This document shows, one piece after another, positions 9,845-21,740 of a DNA stretch of 64,000 bases. How positions within the stretch are numbered: the first letter of the stretch is position 1; the number at the start of each line of letters is the position of its first letter. The position numbers and the translations under genes are program-made. The notes under the pieces are model-generated. The model worked only from the letters and a program-made list of their open reading frames with translations. It searched no databases and was not told the origin of the DNA. Source of the DNA: Burkholderiales bacterium (GTDB lineage Bacteria > Pseudomonadota > Gammaproteobacteria > Burkholderiales > SG8-41); the NCBI GenBank assembly GCA_019634975.1, contig JAHCAI010000010.1, positions 277 through 64,276 on the forward strand, read 5' to 3'.

Positions 9845-9962
9845 GCCCACGCTTTAGCCGCATTTTTTTGGACTGCCACCCGGTCATGGGTCGGCACCGG
9901 CGCCCGCAAGCTGATCGTCAAATCGGCGCAGGCAGAAGACTAACCCGCGCCGGCGGAATCCG

Positions 9963-10598
9963 TCAAACGGGGCGCTCGCCGTCGACGAGATCCGCCATCT
10001 GCAGCGACTCCGCGTCACCGCGCCGGCGAAGGCCTGCAGCCACACCGTCACGGTCCGCCTGCGCACGGTTCTGGCTGACCTTCCATTTGCCTTCGATGGA
10101 CCTCACCGGAATCTCGATGCCGACAATGGCTGCGAGCATGCGGTCGATGTAATCCGCAGGCGCATCACCGACGCCCCAGGGCGGCGACAGCCCGGACTCC
10201 CGGACATCGGTGAGGCGCGAAACCAGGCCGCGCAGCCATTCGCGGTCGTCGCGGACCACCAGCGGGCCGCGCACATGGACCACGGCGTAATTCCAGGTCG
10301 GCACGACCTTGCCGTGATCGCCCTTGGACGGGTACCAGGACGGCGTGACATACGCCTGTGGCCCCTGGAACACGGCCAGCACCTCGCCGTCCGGTGGCTG
10401 CCGCCACAGGGGATTGGCGCGGGCGACGTGGCCGCGCAGGATGCCCCCGGGCGCGGGACCGTCCTCGATCAGCAAGGGGATGTGGTTGGCTTCGGGGGTT
10501 CCCGCGCTGACGCTCACAAGGGTCGCCAGCGGATGCGCGCGGATCAGCGCATGCATCACCGCGATGCGGGTTTCACGGAATGCCGCGACTTCGTACAT
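9963..10598 (-). CDS. FMN-binding negative transcriptional regulator, PaiB family
   Basis: 211 aa with PaiB-like blocks (HIPLL..., GHVARANP, VPTWNY, KxSQNR). Confidence 0.75.
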   Translation of the reverse strand: MYEVAAFRETRIAVMHALIRAHPLATLVSVSAGTPEANHIPLLIEDGPAPGGILRGHVARANPLWRQPPDGEVLAVFQGPQAYVTPSWYPSKGDHGKVVPTWNYAVVHVRGPLVVRDDREWLRGLVSRLTDVRESGLSPPWGVGDAPADYIDRMLAAIVGIEIPVRSIEGKWKVSQNRAQADRDGVAAGLRRRGDAESLQMADLVDGERPV

Positions 10599-10613
10599 GC
10601 CGCGGTCAGGAAT

Positions 10614-12134
10614 TCAGTCGACGGTCTCCAGCCCGAGGTCGAGCTGGGTCGCGGCCGCCGTGGCCTCCGCCCGGGCGCCATCCCGGCGCTGCGCCTCGAC
10701 GCCGTCGAGGTAGGCCTGGGTGACATCGCCGGTGATGTACTGGCCGCTGAAACAGGACGTCTCGAAGTTGGTCACCGCAGGGTTGACGCTGCGCACATCC
10801 TCTATCAATGCCTCGAGATCCTGGTAGATCAGCGCATCGCAGCCGATCTCCCGGGCGATTTCCTCGTCGCTGCGGCCGCTGGCAATCAGCTCGTCGCGCG
10901 AAGGCATGTCGATGCCGTAGACGTTGGCATAACGCACCGGCGGCGCCGCCGAGGCGAAGTACACCTTGCGCGCACCGGACTCGCGCGCCATCTGCACGAT
11001 TTCCCGGCTGGTGGTGCCGCGGACGATGGAGTCGTCAACCAGCAATACGTTCTTCCCGCGAAACTCCATGCCGATGGCATTGAGTTTCTGGCGCACGGAC
11101 TTCTTGCGGATCGCCTGGCCCGGCATGATGAAGGTGCGGCCGATGTAGCGATTCTTGATGAAACCCTCGCGGTACGGCAGGTTCAGCTGCTTGGACAGCT
11201 GCATCGCCGCCGGCCGGCTCGAGTCGGGAATCGGGATCACCACGTCGATGTCGAGCTGCGCGAACTCCTTCTGCATCTTGCGGGCAAGGCTCTCGCCCAT
11301 CCGCAGCCGGGTCTCGTAGACCGATATGCCGTCGATCACCGAATCGGGACGCGCCAGGTAGACGAACTCGAACAGGCAGGGATTCAACGACGGATTCACG
11401 GCGCACTGCTGGCTGTGGAAATTGCCATCGAGGTCGATGAAGATCGCCTCGCCGGGCGCGACGTCGCGCACCAGCCTGAACCCGAGCCCGTCGAGGGCCA
11501 CGCTCTCCGAGGCAACGAGGTACTCCCGCCCCTGGGGCGTCTCCGCCTTGCCGAAAACCAGTGGGCGGATGCCGAAGGGGTCGCGGAAGGCGAGCAGGCC
11601 GTAGCCGGCGATCATCGCCACCACGGCATAGGCTCCGCGGCAGCGGCGGTGCACCCCGGATACCGCCTTGAATATCGTCGCCGGGTCCAGCTTGTAGTTG
11701 GTGGCATTTGCCGCCAGTTCGTGCGCCAGCACGTTGAGCAGCACCTCCGAGTCCGACTCGGTGTTGACGTGGCGCAGGTCGAGGCGGAACAGGTCGTTCT
11801 TGAGCTGCTCGGCATTGGTCAGGTTGCCGTTGTGGCCGAGCACGATGCCGAACGGCGAATTGACGTAGAACGGCTGGGATTCCGCGGCCGACCACGCCGA
11901 CCCGGCAGTCGGGTAGCGCGTATGCCCGATGCCGGCATGGCCGGCGAGGCTGCGCATGTTGCGCGTGCGGAACACGTCGCGCACCATGCCGCCGCCCTTG
12001 TGCATGTGAAAGCTCGAGCCATCGGCCGTGACAATCCCGGCGGCATCCTGGCCGCGATGCTGCAGGACCAGCAGCCCGTCATAGAGCAGCTGGTTGACCG
12101 GGTTACGGGCGACAACTCCGACGATTCCGCACAT
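10614..12134 (-). CDS. purF: Amidophosphoribosyltransferase
   Basis: N-terminal nucleophile MCGIVG and the PRTase motif [13 protein letters not shown]. Confidence 0.97.
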   Translation of the reverse strand: MCGIVGVVARNPVNQLLYDGLLVLQHRGQDAAGIVTADGSSFHMHKGGGMVRDVFRTRNMRSLAGHAGIGHTRYPTAGSAWSAAESQPFYVNSPFGIVLGHNGNLTNAEQLKNDLFRLDLRHVNTESDSEVLLNVLAHELAANATNYKLDPATIFKAVSGVHRRCRGAYAVVAMIAGYGLLAFRDPFGIRPLVFGKAETPQGREYLVASESVALDGLGFRLVRDVAPGEAIFIDLDGNFHSQQCAVNPSLNPCLFEFVYLARPDSVIDGISVYETRLRMGESLARKMQKEFAQLDIDVVIPIPDSSRPAAMQLSKQLNLPYREGFIKNRYIGRTFIMPGQAIRKKSVRQKLNAIGMEFRGKNVLLVDDSIVRGTTSREIVQMARESGARKVYFASAAPPVRYANVYGIDMPSRDELIASGRSDEEIAREIGCDALIYQDLEALIEDVRSVNPAVTNFETSCFSGQYITGDVTQAYLDGVEAQRRDGARAEATAAATQLDLGLETVD

Positions 12135-12143
12135 GGCGATTCC

Positions 12144-12635
12144 TCAGCCGTACTTGATATGCTGCCCGATTGCCGGCGGCAGCCAGTCCCGGATGCCCAG
12201 GGCCGCCCGCTCCAGCAGCGGCCGCAGCGCGGCCTCCCGCCAGACGGGCTCGGCGGGCAGCGAAGTCGCTCCCGCCGCAAGCACCAGTGCCATCACCACC
12301 AGCAGGCCGCGCGCGAGGCCGAACAGGGCGCCCAGCATGCGATCCTCCACGCTGAGCCCCGCGCTTTTGACCAGCTGGGACAGCGCAATCGCAACCAGGC
12401 TCATCGCCAGCAAAGCGAGGAAAAACACCGTGGCAAATCCGGCCAGCAGGCGCAATTCCATGGTCGGGATTTCTTCCGGCATCAGGGTGGCCAGCTCGCC
12501 GCCGAGAAGCCAGGCGGCGACAAAGGCGACCGCCCAGGCCGCGAGGGCAAGCACTTCGCGCACGAGCCCGCGGATGACGCTGAGCAGGACGGAGAAGCCG
12601 ATGATCGTGAGCACCACATAATCGAGCAGGGTCAT
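12144..12635 (-). CDS. cvpA: Colicin V production membrane protein CvpA
   Basis: 163-aa hydrophobic protein in the conserved cvpA-purF arrangement. Confidence 0.85.
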   Translation of the reverse strand: MTLLDYVVLTIIGFSVLLSVIRGLVREVLALAAWAVAFVAAWLLGGELATLMPEEIPTMELRLLAGFATVFFLALLAMSLVAIALSQLVKSAGLSVEDRMLGALFGLARGLLVVMALVLAAGATSLPAEPVWREAALRPLLERAALGIRDWLPPAIGQHIKYG

Positions 12636-12638
12636 CGG

Positions 12639-13295
12639 CTATCGCGGCACGACTTTGCCGTCGAGCTGCAATTTCTGCAACTGCGCCCGCGCCTTTTCCG
12701 CGGCTTCGCGGCTGGCATAAGGTCCGACACGCACCCGAGTCACCGGTCCCCTGGCGGTCTGCACGATCTCGGTGTAGGCCTTCATTCCCCCGCCGGTGAT
12801 CTTCGCCTGCAGTTCTTTCGCCCTGGCCGCGTCCGACAGCGCTGCAACCTGGATCGCGAAACCGCCGGAGGTCTTTGCAGCTTCCTTGGTCTTTGGCGCA
12901 TCCTTGGCTTTCGCCGTTGCGTCCTGCTTCGCTGCCGGCGCGGGCGCTTCCGCCTTCGCGGCGGGCGCAGCCTGGGTCTCGGGCCGGGCCTCGGCCACGG
13001 CCTCCGCTTTGACCTCGGCCGCCTTCACCCCGGGTTTGGTTTCGGCCTTCGGTGCATCGTCGGCGGCCATTGCCGGCACATCCGCCGGCTTGAGCGGCTC
13101 GGGTTTCGCCGACAGCACGCCGGCATCCGGTGAAGGTATCTGGATGCTGATGCTCTGCCCGGTGGGTTTCGGTTCAGGATCCAGCACCATCGGCAACACC
13201 ACGGCCACGGCAGTCACCAGCACGATGGCGCCGACAAGGCGGCGGCGCGCGCGTTTTTTCAGCTGGAGTTCTTCGTCGCTAACGGCTTTCGCCAT
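12639..13295 (-). CDS. SPOR domain-containing cell-division protein (DedD-like)
   Basis: N-terminal TM segment, Ala/Pro/Lys-rich linker and C-terminal SPOR domain (GGFAIQVAALSD...VRVGPYASREAAEKA). Conserved position between folC and cvpA. Confidence 0.8.
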   Translation of the reverse strand: MAKAVSDEELQLKKRARRRLVGAIVLVTAVAVVLPMVLDPEPKPTGQSISIQIPSPDAGVLSAKPEPLKPADVPAMAADDAPKAETKPGVKAAEVKAEAVAEARPETQAAPAAKAEAPAPAAKQDATAKAKDAPKTKEAAKTSGGFAIQVAALSDAARAKELQAKITGGGMKAYTEIVQTARGPVTRVRVGPYASREAAEKARAQLQKLQLDGKVVPR

Positions 13296-13308
13296 GTTTC
13301 GCCTACCA

Positions 13309-13347
13309 GTGTTACTATAACTATTTGATTTTAAACAACTATTTAAG
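13309..13347 (-). repeat. AT-rich repeat family copy 1 (IHF-consensus core at 13318-13330)
   Basis: The minus strand reads CTTAAATAGTTGTTTAAAATCAAATAGTTATAGTAACAC. AATCAAATAGTTA matches WATCAANNNNTTR exactly. The copy overlaps the folC stop codon (13339-13341). Confidence 0.7.
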
Positions 13348-14622
13348 CTGACGCTTGCGGGCCGCAGTCATTGCTGCGGCGACGACGAGAAACGATCCGA
13401 AGGCCAAAATTCTATCACCAACTCCCGCCATCCGATATGCGCGGTCCATGGCTTCCTCGATGCTCGCGCATGCCGTGATACCGGCTGCCACGCCGGCGCC
13501 ACGCAACTGCCGCCGCAATTCGGCCAGCGGCGTTGCGCGATGACCTTCAACAGGGGCGAGCAGCCAGTGATCGACATGGCCGCGCAAGGCGCGGACGACG
13601 CCGCCGATGTCCTTGTCACTGAGCATCGAGAACACCGCGATCGTTTCCCGGTAACCGGTCATTCTCGCGAGGTTGTCTGCCAGTGCCGCCGCCGCCTGCG
13701 GATTATGGGCCACGTCGAGAATCACCGCGGGACGTCCCGGCAGCACCTGGAACCGCCCCGGGTTCTCGACACGCACCAGGCCGTCGCGGATATTGCCGGT
13801 GGCAACGGGAAGCCGGTCGCGCAGCGCATCAAGCGCGGCAATGCAGGCACTGGCATTCGCAACCTGGAAATTGCCGCGCAGCGCCGGCAGCGGCAGGCCA
13901 TGGCGGTCGCCACCGGGCCCCCGGTAGCTCCATTGCAGTGGCTGCAGCACGAAGTCGAAGTCGCGTCCCAGCAGCAGAAATTTCGCACCGATGCGCGCAG
14001 CATGCTCTGTCACTGACTGCGGCGGCTCGCGGTCCGCGCACACCGCCACCCGGCCGGGACGGAACACATGGGCCTTCTCCGCGCCGATGGCTTCCCGGGT
14101 ATCACCGAGGTATTCCATGTGGTCCATCCCGACACTCATCAGCATCGCGAGATCGGCATCGAAGACGTTGACCGCGTCGAGCCGGCCGCCGAGGCCGACC
14201 TCGAGGATTGCCGCATCAACGCGCTCGCGGCAGAACAGCCGGACCGCCGCCAGCGTGCCGAACTCGAAATAGGTCAACGGCACGCCGGCTGCAGAGCGCG
14301 CCTGCTCGACGGCGGAGAAGGCCTCGGCGAGCGCATCATCGCCCGCCTCCGCGCCGCCGACGCGCACGCGCTCGTTGTAACGCAGCAGGTGCGGTGAGGT
14401 GTAGGTGCCCACCCGGTAGCCCGCACTGCCGAGCATCGCCTCCAGCATCATGCAGGCCGAGCCCTTGCCATTGGTGCCGGCCACGGTGATCAGCGGAAAT
14501 ACGGGCTGCAGCGCCAGCGCATCGCGCACCGCCATCACCCGATCAAGTCCCATGGCGATGGATTGCGGATGCTGGCGCTCGATGTAATCGAGCCAGCCGG
14601 GCAGCGAGGATGGCAGGTTCAT
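13339..14622 (-). CDS. folC: Bifunctional folylpolyglutamate synthase / dihydrofolate synthase
   Basis: Mur-ligase P-loop VAGTNGKGS, 427 aa, accD-folC synteny. Confidence 0.93.
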   Translation of the reverse strand: MNLPSSLPGWLDYIERQHPQSIAMGLDRVMAVRDALALQPVFPLITVAGTNGKGSACMMLEAMLGSAGYRVGTYTSPHLLRYNERVRVGGAEAGDDALAEAFSAVEQARSAAGVPLTYFEFGTLAAVRLFCRERVDAAILEVGLGGRLDAVNVFDADLAMLMSVGMDHMEYLGDTREAIGAEKAHVFRPGRVAVCADREPPQSVTEHAARIGAKFLLLGRDFDFVLQPLQWSYRGPGGDRHGLPLPALRGNFQVANASACIAALDALRDRLPVATGNIRDGLVRVENPGRFQVLPGRPAVILDVAHNPQAAAALADNLARMTGYRETIAVFSMLSDKDIGGVVRALRGHVDHWLLAPVEGHRATPLAELRRQLRGAGVAAGITACASIEEAMDRAYRMAGVGDRILAFGSFLVVAAAMTAARKRQLK

Positions 14623-14686
14623 GGCGGCCAGCTGGCGGCCCGATCAGGACCTAGCGACCGGAGGCACTGCGGGGCTCATGCAGAAG

Positions 14687-15553
14687 TCAGGCCGGAGGCG
14701 GCTGTTTCAGCAGCAGTGCCAGCAGCCGTGCCAGCCTGTCGCGCATCTCGCGGCGGTCGACGATCATGTCGATTGCACCCTTCTGCAGCAGGAACTCTGC
14801 GCGCTGGAATCCCTCGGGCAGCGTCTCGCGAACCGTCTGTTCGATGACCCGCGGGCCGGCAAAGCCGATCAGGGCGTTGGGCTCGGCGATGACCACGTCC
14901 CCGATCATCGCGAAACTGGCGGACACGCCGCCCATGGTCGGGTCGGTGAGCACCGAGATGAAAGGCAGCTTCGCCTCGCCCAGCCGCGTCAGCGCGGCGC
15001 AGGTCTTGGCCATCTGCATCAGCGAAAAAAGCCCCTCCTGCATGCGCGCGCCGCCGGTCGCGGTAAAGCAGATGAAGGGCAGCCGCTGCTCGACGCAGAC
15101 CTGCACGCCGCGCACGAAGCGTTCGCCGACCACCGAACCCATCGAGCCGCCGAGGAAACCGAACTCGAAGGCCGCGGTGACGACCTGGATGTCCTTGATC
15201 GCGCCCTGCATCACCACCAGCGCGTCCTCCTCGTCGGTCTCGCTGCGCGCTTCGGCGAGCCGGTCGGTGTAGCGCTTGCTGTCGCGGAACTTCAGGCTGT
15301 CGACCGGCAGCACCTCGACCCCGATCTCGTAGCGTCCTTCCTGGTCGAGCAGCCAGTCGAGGCGCTCGCGCGCCGAAACGCGGTTGTGGTGATTGCATTT
15401 CGGGCAGACAAAGAGGTTCTTCTCGAGGTCGGTGCGGTACAGGACCGCCTCGCAGGAATCGCACTTGCTCCAGAGCCCCTCGGGTACCGCCTTCTTCGGG
15501 GTGCCCGTGTCGCGCTTGATGCGCGGCGGCAGCAGCTTCTGCAGCCAGCTCAT
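14687..15553 (-). CDS. accD: Acetyl-CoA carboxylase carboxyltransferase subunit beta
   Basis: N-terminal Zn finger (CDSCEAVLY...CPKCNHH) followed by the carboxyltransferase domain. Confidence 0.95.
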   Translation of the reverse strand: MSWLQKLLPPRIKRDTGTPKKAVPEGLWSKCDSCEAVLYRTDLEKNLFVCPKCNHHNRVSARERLDWLLDQEGRYEIGVEVLPVDSLKFRDSKRYTDRLAEARSETDEEDALVVMQGAIKDIQVVTAAFEFGFLGGSMGSVVGERFVRGVQVCVEQRLPFICFTATGGARMQEGLFSLMQMAKTCAALTRLGEAKLPFISVLTDPTMGGVSASFAMIGDVVIAEPNALIGFAGPRVIEQTVRETLPEGFQRAEFLLQKGAIDMIVDRREMRDRLARLLALLLKQPPPA

Positions 15554-16356
15554 GCCGCCGTCCCGCCATCCATCGCCGAGCGGATCCCGGACAGGAAAGA
15601 CCGGGCACGGGCCGCGGCCTCGGCCGGTGCCGCCTCGATCTCCTGCACCAGGCGGCTGCCGATGACCACGGCATCGGACACGTCGGCAATCCTGCGTGCG
15701 GTGTCGCCGTCACGGATGCCGAAACCGACGCCGACCGGCAGCGCGGTGAAGCTGCGGATGTGCGAGAGGCGTCTCGCGACATCGTCAACATCGATGGTCG
15801 CCGCTCCGGTCACGCCCTTCAGCGAAACATAATAAAGATAGCCGCGCCCGAGCGCCGCCACCTGCTTCAGGCGCGCATCGGTGGTCGTCGGCGACAGCAG
15901 GAACACGGTATCCAGTCCTGCGGCGTCAAGCGTGTCCACCAGGCGCTCCGCCTCCTCCGGGGGGTAATCAACGACCACCACACCGTCGGCACCGGCGGTT
16001 TTCGCCGCAGCAGCGAACACATCGAAGCCCATGGACTCGACGGGATTCGCGTATCCCATCAGTACCACCGGCGTGTCGCTGTCGGTCTTGCGGAACTCGG
16101 CAACCCAGCCGATCACGTCGCGCAGGGAAACGCCGTGTTTCAGCGCGCGTTCGCTGGAGCGCTGGATCACCGGGCCGTCGGCCATAGGATCGGAAAACGG
16201 CACGCCAAGCTCGATGATGTCCGCACCGCCGGCGACCAGCGCATGCATCAGCGGCACACAGCTCGCCGGGTCAGGATCGCCGGCGGTGAAAAACGGGATC
16301 AGGGCCTTGCGCCCCTGCTGTTTCAGTCGGGAAAACGTGGCGGCGATGCGGGACAT
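15550..16356 (-). CDS. trpA: Tryptophan synthase alpha chain
   Basis: 268 aa, [11 protein letters not shown] and [14 protein letters not shown] motifs. 4-nt overlap with accD. Confidence 0.95.
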   Translation of the reverse strand: MSRIAATFSRLKQQGRKALIPFFTAGDPDPASCVPLMHALVAGGADIIELGVPFSDPMADGPVIQRSSERALKHGVSLRDVIGWVAEFRKTDSDTPVVLMGYANPVESMGFDVFAAAAKTAGADGVVVVDYPPEEAERLVDTLDAAGLDTVFLLSPTTTDARLKQVAALGRGYLYYVSLKGVTGAATIDVDDVARRLSHIRSFTALPVGVGFGIRDGDTARRIADVSDAVVIGSRLVQEIEAAPAEAAARARSFLSGIRSAMDGGTAA

Positions 16357-16379
16357 TGCTGGGTTTCTTCTCCTGCGAT

Positions 16380-17565
<1,186 letters not shown>

Positions 17566-17579
<14 letters not shown>

Positions 17580-18189
17580 TGCGCACTCCGTTGATGAAGG
17601 CTTCGATTTTCGCGGCATCCTTGATGCCCTTTGCCGACTCCACGCCGCTCGACACGTCGACCGCCCAAGGCCGCAGGCGCCGCACCGCCTGCTCCACGTT
17701 GTCAGGATTGAGACCGCCCGACAGAATCACGGGCATCGGCAGGTCTGGCGGAATCAGCGACCAGTCGAACGTCGCTCCGGTACCGCCGTGCACACCTTCG
17801 ACCCAGGCATCCAGCAGCAGGCCTTTGGCGGCATGAAAATCACGCGCGTATTGTAGCAAATCGGTCCCCGGCTTCACCCGCAGCGCGCGCAGGAATGGCA
17901 GTCCGAACTCCGCGCAGTAGCCGGGAGTTTCGTCGCCATGAAACTGCAGGAGCTGCACCGGCGCCGCATGCAGAGTGGCGCGCACGGTCGCGGCGTCCGC
18001 ATTGACGAACAATCCGACCGGGACAACAAAGGGCGGCAGCCCGCGGATGATGTCGCGCGCCTGCGCCGGCGTCACCGCGCGCGGGCTGCCGGGGTAGAAC
18101 ACGAAGCCGAGGGCATCGGCACCCAGGCGCGCGGCAGCCAGCGCATCCTCGGCGCGGGTGATGCCGCAGATCTTGATCCGGGTTTTCAT
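17566..18189 (-). CDS. trpF: N-(5'-phosphoribosyl)anthranilate isomerase
   Basis: [12 protein letters not shown] start (ATG at 18189). The 63-aa track extension overlaps truA and is Arg/Cys-rich noise. Confidence 0.9.
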
Positions 18190-18190
18190 C

Positions 18191-18988
18191 TCAATGCAGC
18201 TCCGCGTGGGCGAGCCCCGGCAGGTCCTGCCGCGGCCCGGGCAATTCCCAATGCGGCGCATACTCGACACGCGCCAGGTAGAGACCGGAAGCATCGAAGG
18301 TCGGTGCCGCCTGTGAGCGGTCCCGTCCCCCGAGCACTCCGGCCAGCCAGCTCGGCGGGCACTTGCCCTTGCCGACATGGATCAGGCTGCCCACGAGGTT
18401 GCGCACCATGTGGTGCAGGAAGGCATTCGCGCGGAACTCGAATACCAGATACGGGCCGGAACGGTGGATCGCAGCCTCGTGAAGGATGCGTACCGGAGAT
18501 TGCGCCTGGCATTCGGCCGCGCGAAAAGCGCTGAAGTCATGTTCGCCGACGAGACAGGCCGCCGCCTCGCGCATGCTCGAGACGTCGAGCGGCATATGGA
18601 ACCAGCCCACCCGGCCATGGTCCGCCGCAGGCCGCACCGGGGAATTGAGCAGGATGTAGCGGTAGGTGCGCGACAGGGCCGAGAAGCGCGCGTGGAAATC
18701 AGCGGCAACAGGCCGCGCCCAGGTCACCGCCAGCCCCGGCGGCAGCAATGCATTGACACCGCGCACCCAGGCGCTGACCGGACGTTCCACGGCACAGTCG
18801 AAATGCACCACCTGTCCCAGCGCGTGCACCCCGGCATCCGTGCGGCCGGCGCAGACAGTCCTGACCGGGACACCGGCAATGCCGGCGCAGGCATTCTCCA
18901 GCCGGTCCTGCACGGCGCAAGCTTCGGGCTGGCTTTGCCAGCCACAGAATCCTCCACCGTCGTACTCGATACCCAGCGCGATCCTCAA
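18191..18988 (-). CDS. truA: tRNA pseudouridine(38-40) synthase
   Basis: [19 protein letters not shown]-terminus and the catalytic RTDAGVHA motif. Confidence 0.95.
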   Translation of the reverse strand: MRIALGIEYDGGGFCGWQSQPEACAVQDRLENACAGIAGVPVRTVCAGRTDAGVHALGQVVHFDCAVERPVSAWVRGVNALLPPGLAVTWARPVAADFHARFSALSRTYRYILLNSPVRPAADHGRVGWFHMPLDVSSMREAAACLVGEHDFSAFRAAECQAQSPVRILHEAAIHRSGPYLVFEFRANAFLHHMVRNLVGSLIHVGKGKCPPSWLAGVLGGRDRSQAAPTFDASGLYLARVEYAPHWELPGPRQDLPGLAHAELH

Positions 18989-19022
18989 GGGCCATGTCTC
19001 CGATTGGGGCCCGCCTGCCCCG

Positions 19023-19055
19023 AAAAAAAACCGCGGCAGAACAACTGCCGCGGTT
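19023..19055 (-). terminator. Rho-independent terminator downstream of fimV
   Basis: The minus strand reads AACCGCGGCAG-TTGTT-CTGCCGCGGTT followed by T8. Confidence 0.85.
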
Positions 19056-19078
19056 CATGATAAAGCCTGACGGAGTCC

Positions 19079-21613
19079 TCAGCCGAGCGAACTGAGCAGC
19101 TTGTGCGCCTGGTCCTTCTGCTCGGCATCCCCCTCTTTCAGCACTTCCTGGAGGATTTCCTTCGCACCGTCGTTGTCACCCATCTCCTGATAGGCCTTTG
19201 CCAGGTCGAACTTCTGCTGCACGTCGTACCAGTGGCTGTCCTTTTCGGCCGCCGGCGTGGCGGTCGTCGACGGATCGTCGAGGTTGATGTTGAGGTCGCC
19301 GACATCGATCTTGAAATCGAGACCGCCATCCGTCGCCGGCGCCGGCGCTTCGGCTGCGGGTTCCGCGGAAGATCCGGCGGCCGGAACGTCGATGGCCGGC
19401 AGTTCGATGTTGAAATCGATCGAGCCTGAATCCGCGCTTGCCGGAGCCTCCAGTGCAATGTCGGTCTGCGCGCCGGCCGGCGGCAGATCAAGATTGAACT
19501 CGGTTGCAACAGGCTCCACAGCCGTTTCTGCAGGCGCCGCCATCTGCACCGTGCCGCCGAAATCAACCGGCTGCGCCGCCGTCGTGGGATCAGCATCAAG
19601 GGCGATATCCGGAACGCTGCCGCTGTCGCCGCCGAGGTCGAAGTCGAGGTCGGTGCTCGTCGCACTGTCCGAAGCATCGACCACGGGCGCGACGTCCTTG
19701 CCCGCGGCATAGAGCGGATTGGCGGGATCCAGAGCGTACCCCATCGCTGCCATCTTGATCCAGTTGTCGCCCGAACCGCCGGTCAGGGAATTCATCGATT
19801 CGGCGACCGTCGCAAAGGAAGCGGCATCCTTGCGTGCGGAATAAACCTCCGCGAGCTTCAGTTGCACATCCTCGCGGGAAGGATCACGCGCCATTGCATC
19901 CTTGAGAATCTCTTCGGCCTGGCCATCCCGGCCATAGGCGATATAGACCTCGGCCTCCTGCACCGGATCCACTTCATCCGTGGCCGCGGCCGCCGGGGTT
20001 GCGGCCACCGCGGTCTCCGCGGAGTCCGCGGCAACCGCCGCTGCGCCGCCTGCAGCCGCGGCGGCAAGAGTCGGTGCCACCGCCTCGATGTCATCGCTGG
20101 CAGCCCGCGCGCGGCGTCGGCGCATCGCTGCGATGCCGAGCCCGCCGAGGACAAGCACTCCGAGACCGCCGCCGATCAGCGGCAGATTCTCCATCACCAC
20201 ATCCATCATTTCCGGCTCGGGCGGAGGTGGCGGCGGCGCAATCACCGGCTTGGGTTGTGGCTTCGGCGCGGGTTTCGCTTCCTCTGCCGGTTTTTCGGCG
20301 GCAGATGCCGCATCAGCCGCCGGGGCCTTCTCCTCCGGCTTGGCCGCAGGCATCTCGGACTTGGCAGCGGCATCCTTCGCCGCTATTGCCGGCTCCGCCG
20401 GTTTTGCCCCCTCGGGCTTGACTGGTTCCGGCTTCGCCGCCTTGGAAGCATCCGCTTTGGCCGCTTCAGCCTTCTGCTGCGCGGCCGCCAGACCGGGGCT
20501 CTTCAGTTCGGCAAGTTTTTGCGAGTCCTTGATGGTTTTCTCGAGCTGGGCAATCCGCTCGTTCGCTTCGGCCAGTTCCTTGGTCCGCGCAATCAGTTCC
20601 TCCTGAAGCGCGCGCGCCTTGGCTTCGCCAGTAAGCGCGGCCCCGCCCTTGCCGGGCTCGCCCTTCGACAGCTTGACGACATCACGGCTTTCCGCCGCCG
20701 GGTCATCCACTTTCGCAACGATGCGGCCGCGCGCCGTACTGCCACCTTCCGGAGCCTGGCCCGCCGCATCGGCGATCCGGCTGCTGTAGGCGCGCCAGTC
20801 CGCGACCTGGGCGCGATATTCCTTGATCGCCTCGCCCTGCGGGATCGCCGCAAGTTCCTGCGCGTCGGGCACCCTCAGGATGCGCCCCGACCTGACGAGG
20901 TTCAGGTTGTTGCGTATGAATGCATCGGGATTGCTGCGGTACAGCCCGACCAGCATCTGCTCCAGCGATACGCCCTGGGGCTTGAGGCTCGCGGCAATCT
21001 TGCCCAGGGTTTCGCCCTTGGCAATCGGGCCGTACTCCTGGGCCTGCGCTCTGGGCGCGGCCGCCGCAGGAGTCGGGGCCGGCGCGACCGGCGCCGCCGC
21101 GATGGGCTTCGATATCGGGACAGCCGGTGTGGCCGCCGGCGCCGCAAGAGCCTGCGCCTGCTGGCCATAGCCGGGCGGATCAAGCAGCGCGGTGTACTCG
21201 CGCACGATGCGTCCACCGGACCATGACAACTCGATCAACAGGTCAACGAAAGGCTCGTTAAGCGGGCGCGAACCCGTCACCTTGATATAGGACTGGCCGT
21301 TGGGACGCCGTTCTATGCTGAGCTTGAGTCCGGTGACGCCGGCGTTGTACTGAAGATTGGCCTGCTGATAGGCGTCCGGGGATGCCAAGCGAACCGTGAG
21401 CGTCGAGGCTTCATCACCCCTGACCGCGACGAGGTCGATTTCGGCGCTGAGCGGCTGCCCCAGACTCGATTGAACGGTGAGCCGTCCCAGACCGGCCGCG
21501 TGCGCCATCCAGGGCGTGAGCAGCAGCAGTGCCACCGCCAGTGCTTTGCCAAGAGAGAAAGTGCGCACGAACCGCTCCCGTATCGTTTTTTTATGGGACA
21601 ACAAAGTTAGCAT
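19079..21613 (-). CDS. fimV: FimV/HubP-family polar landmark protein (LysM-containing, acidic, with C-terminal TPR-like motif)
   Basis: FimV N-terminal domain (GLGRLTVQSSLGQPLSAEIDL), LysM block (YGPIAKGETLGKIA), long Ala/Pro/Glu-rich region, TM segment and conserved C-terminus (FDLAKAYQEMGDNDGAKEILQEVL). ATG at 21613; the track start at 21616 is a TTG. Confidence 0.88.
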   Translation of the reverse strand: MLTLLSHKKTIRERFVRTFSLGKALAVALLLLTPWMAHAAGLGRLTVQSSLGQPLSAEIDLVAVRGDEASTLTVRLASPDAYQQANLQYNAGVTGLKLSIERRPNGQSYIKVTGSRPLNEPFVDLLIELSWSGGRIVREYTALLDPPGYGQQAQALAAPAATPAVPISKPIAAAPVAPAPTPAAAAPRAQAQEYGPIAKGETLGKIAASLKPQGVSLEQMLVGLYRSNPDAFIRNNLNLVRSGRILRVPDAQELAAIPQGEAIKEYRAQVADWRAYSSRIADAAGQAPEGGSTARGRIVAKVDDPAAESRDVVKLSKGEPGKGGAALTGEAKARALQEELIARTKELAEANERIAQLEKTIKDSQKLAELKSPGLAAAQQKAEAAKADASKAAKPEPVKPEGAKPAEPAIAAKDAAAKSEMPAAKPEEKAPAADAASAAEKPAEEAKPAPKPQPKPVIAPPPPPPEPEMMDVVMENLPLIGGGLGVLVLGGLGIAAMRRRRARAASDDIEAVAPTLAAAAAGGAAAVAADSAETAVAATPAAAATDEVDPVQEAEVYIAYGRDGQAEEILKDAMARDPSREDVQLKLAEVYSARKDAASFATVAESMNSLTGGSGDNWIKMAAMGYALDPANPLYAAGKDVAPVVDASDSATSTDLDFDLGGDSGSVPDIALDADPTTAAQPVDFGGTVQMAAPAETAVEPVATEFNLDLPPAGAQTDIALEAPASADSGSIDFNIELPAIDVPAAGSSAEPAAEAPAPATDGGLDFKIDVGDLNINLDDPSTTATPAAEKDSHWYDVQQKFDLAKAYQEMGDNDGAKEILQEVLKEGDAEQKDQAHKLLSSLG

Positions 21614-21740
21614 CAATCAGTTAGGCATGCAAGCTAACAAAACCTCTAATGTTGCCGTCCAACCACATATTTTTTAAAGGAATTTCCGATTCCCGATCGA
21701 CCCGGACCTTCCCCGTAAACGGTGCCAGTCGCAAGCCGGC

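Noticed and set aside
9845-9962. Assignment of the metZ leader to a specific riboswitch class (for example SAM-II, because of a GGCUAAAGCG string)
   Set aside because: I cannot reconstruct the pseudoknot or U-rich triplex features of SAM-II, or the four-way junction of SAM-I, by eye. Only the terminator-like hairpin is supported. Class assignment needs a covariance-model search.
10275-13133. 952-aa plus-strand ORF
   Set aside because: It lies entirely antisense to purF, cvpA and the SPOR gene. The sequence is Arg/Ala/Gly/His-rich low-complexity with no recognisable motifs. It is a typical stop-codon-poor shadow frame of a GC-rich genome.
19900-20500. Repetitive-looking GC-rich tracts inside fimV as a possible CRISPR or tandem-repeat array
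   Set aside because: The reading frame is continuous and encodes the Ala/Pro/Glu/Lys-rich low-complexity linker typical of FimV. There is no repeat-spacer periodicity.
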